Of a DNA stretch of 16,140 nucleotides, positions 15,243-16,140 are shown piece by piece. The position numbers were made by a program, and so were the translations under genes. The stretch's first letter is position 1; every line of letters starts with the position of its first letter. This stretch comes from Planctomycetota bacterium (GTDB lineage: Bacteria > Planctomycetota > GCA-002687715 > DRQF01), in contig JAZGFI010000114.1 in the NCBI GenBank assembly GCA_036479435.1, forward strand, positions 1 through 16,140, read 5' to 3'. Below the pieces are notes generated by a model. That model ran no database searches. It saw only the letters and a program-made list of their open reading frames with translations, and was not told the DNA's origin.

Positions 15243-16039
15243 GTCTTCAGGACGAGATAGCCGAGCAGCCCCAGATCCTCGCCGCATTACTGGAGAATTC
15301 CTGGGCTAAAGTGGAGACAATCGCCTCTCAGCTTCGAGAGCGCGATTTCGACTTTGTCTACGTTATTGCGCGAGGCAGCTCGGACAACGCGGGCCTCTAC
15401 GCCAAGTATCTGTTCGGAATCGAGAACAAACTCGTGGTGGCCATGGCCTCGCCGAGTTTGTTTACAAAGTACGACTCGCCGCCCCGGTTGGCACGCGCGT
15501 TGGTCTTGGCAATCTCACAATCGGGAAGTTCTGTTGATCTCGTCGAGGCTCTGCGCGAGGCGCGGCGCCAAGGGGCCGTCACGCTCGCGTTTTGCAACGT
15601 CGCCGATTCGCCCCTTGCTCGGGAGGCCGAGTTCTTCTTGGATCTTGAAGCTGGCCCAGAACTCGCCGTCGCCGCGACCAAGTCTTACACCGCCCAGTTA
15701 ATGGCGATCTCGATGCTCTCCACTGCGCTGGCCCAAGACCGCAAGCGCCAACTGCAGCTCAAACTCGTAGCCCCTGCCGTCGCAGATGCACTAAAAGTTA
15801 GCAAGTCTATCCCCGCTCAAGCGCAACGTTATCGCTACATGAGGCAAGGAGTCGTGTTGGGCCGTGGCTACAATTTCTCAACCGCACATGAGTGGTCGCT
15901 CAAGATGAAGGAGATGACCTACGTCGTCGCCGCCCCGTATTCATCGGCGGACTTTCGGCACGGCCCCATTGCCATCGTCGATCGCGGGTTCCCCGTTTTT
16001 GCAGTCGTCAATCAAGGTGTAAGCACCCACGCATCTTGA
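15239..16039 (+). pseudogene. SIS-domain glucosamine-6-phosphate deaminase (GlmS isomerase-like, NagB-II/GlmD type), C-terminally truncated
   Basis: EIAEQP, ARGSSDNA, AISQSGSS, NVADSPLA, GPELAVAATKSYTAQL, LGRGYN, EWSLKMKE and FRHGP. Stops at 266 aa in the middle of the second SIS domain. ATGA overlap with nagA. Confidence 0.75.
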
Positions 16040-16055
16040 GGCTCCCAGCATCGCG

Positions 16056-16139
16056 CTATTTGAGGCCGCTGTTGGCCTTCAAGTAAGTGAGGCCCACGCC
16101 GAGTTCCCTCGTCGTGAGCCTCTTTGCCCGAAGGCTTCC
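16056..16139 (-). CDS. Possible 3' end of a convergent gene entering from the right edge
   Basis: Open frame GSLRAKRLTTRELGVGLTYLKANSGLK* ends at TAG 16058-16056, 16 nt from the SIS stop. Too short to identify. Confidence 0.3.
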   Translation of the reverse strand, partial: GSLRAKRLTTRELGVGLTYLKANSGLK

Positions 16140-16140
16140 G

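Noticed and set aside
1..16140. CRISPR array, IS/transposase, integrase, prophage or defence system
   Set aside because: No regularly spaced direct repeats, terminal inverted repeats or matching protein motifs were seen.

Overview
GC-rich bacterial chromosomal segment. The Zn-ribbon/TM protein and the secreted beta-helix protein have a Planctomycetota-like style; this is an inference only. Housekeeping genes are ychF, lepA-hemW, rlmN, pta and nagA. Between them sit accessory genes: a secreted redoxin cut by the window edge and missing from the ORF track, a secreted GGA/FxxN beta-helix protein, a DUF952 protein, a stand-alone PilZ protein, an output-less two-TM sensor-like protein and a split AtuA (DUF1446) pair translationally coupled to pta. 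Two genes are decayed: a CBS-pair gene of the glutamate-cysteine-ligase/CBS type (frameshift, stop, internal deletions) and a C-terminally truncated SIS-type glucosamine-6-P deaminase. No CRISPR array, tRNA, rRNA or transposase was seen. The best leads are the atuA-like/atuA-C/pta operon without ackA, with a folded leader, and a cloverleaf-like four-way-junction element with an alternative pairing between the orphan sensor gene and the PilZ gene.
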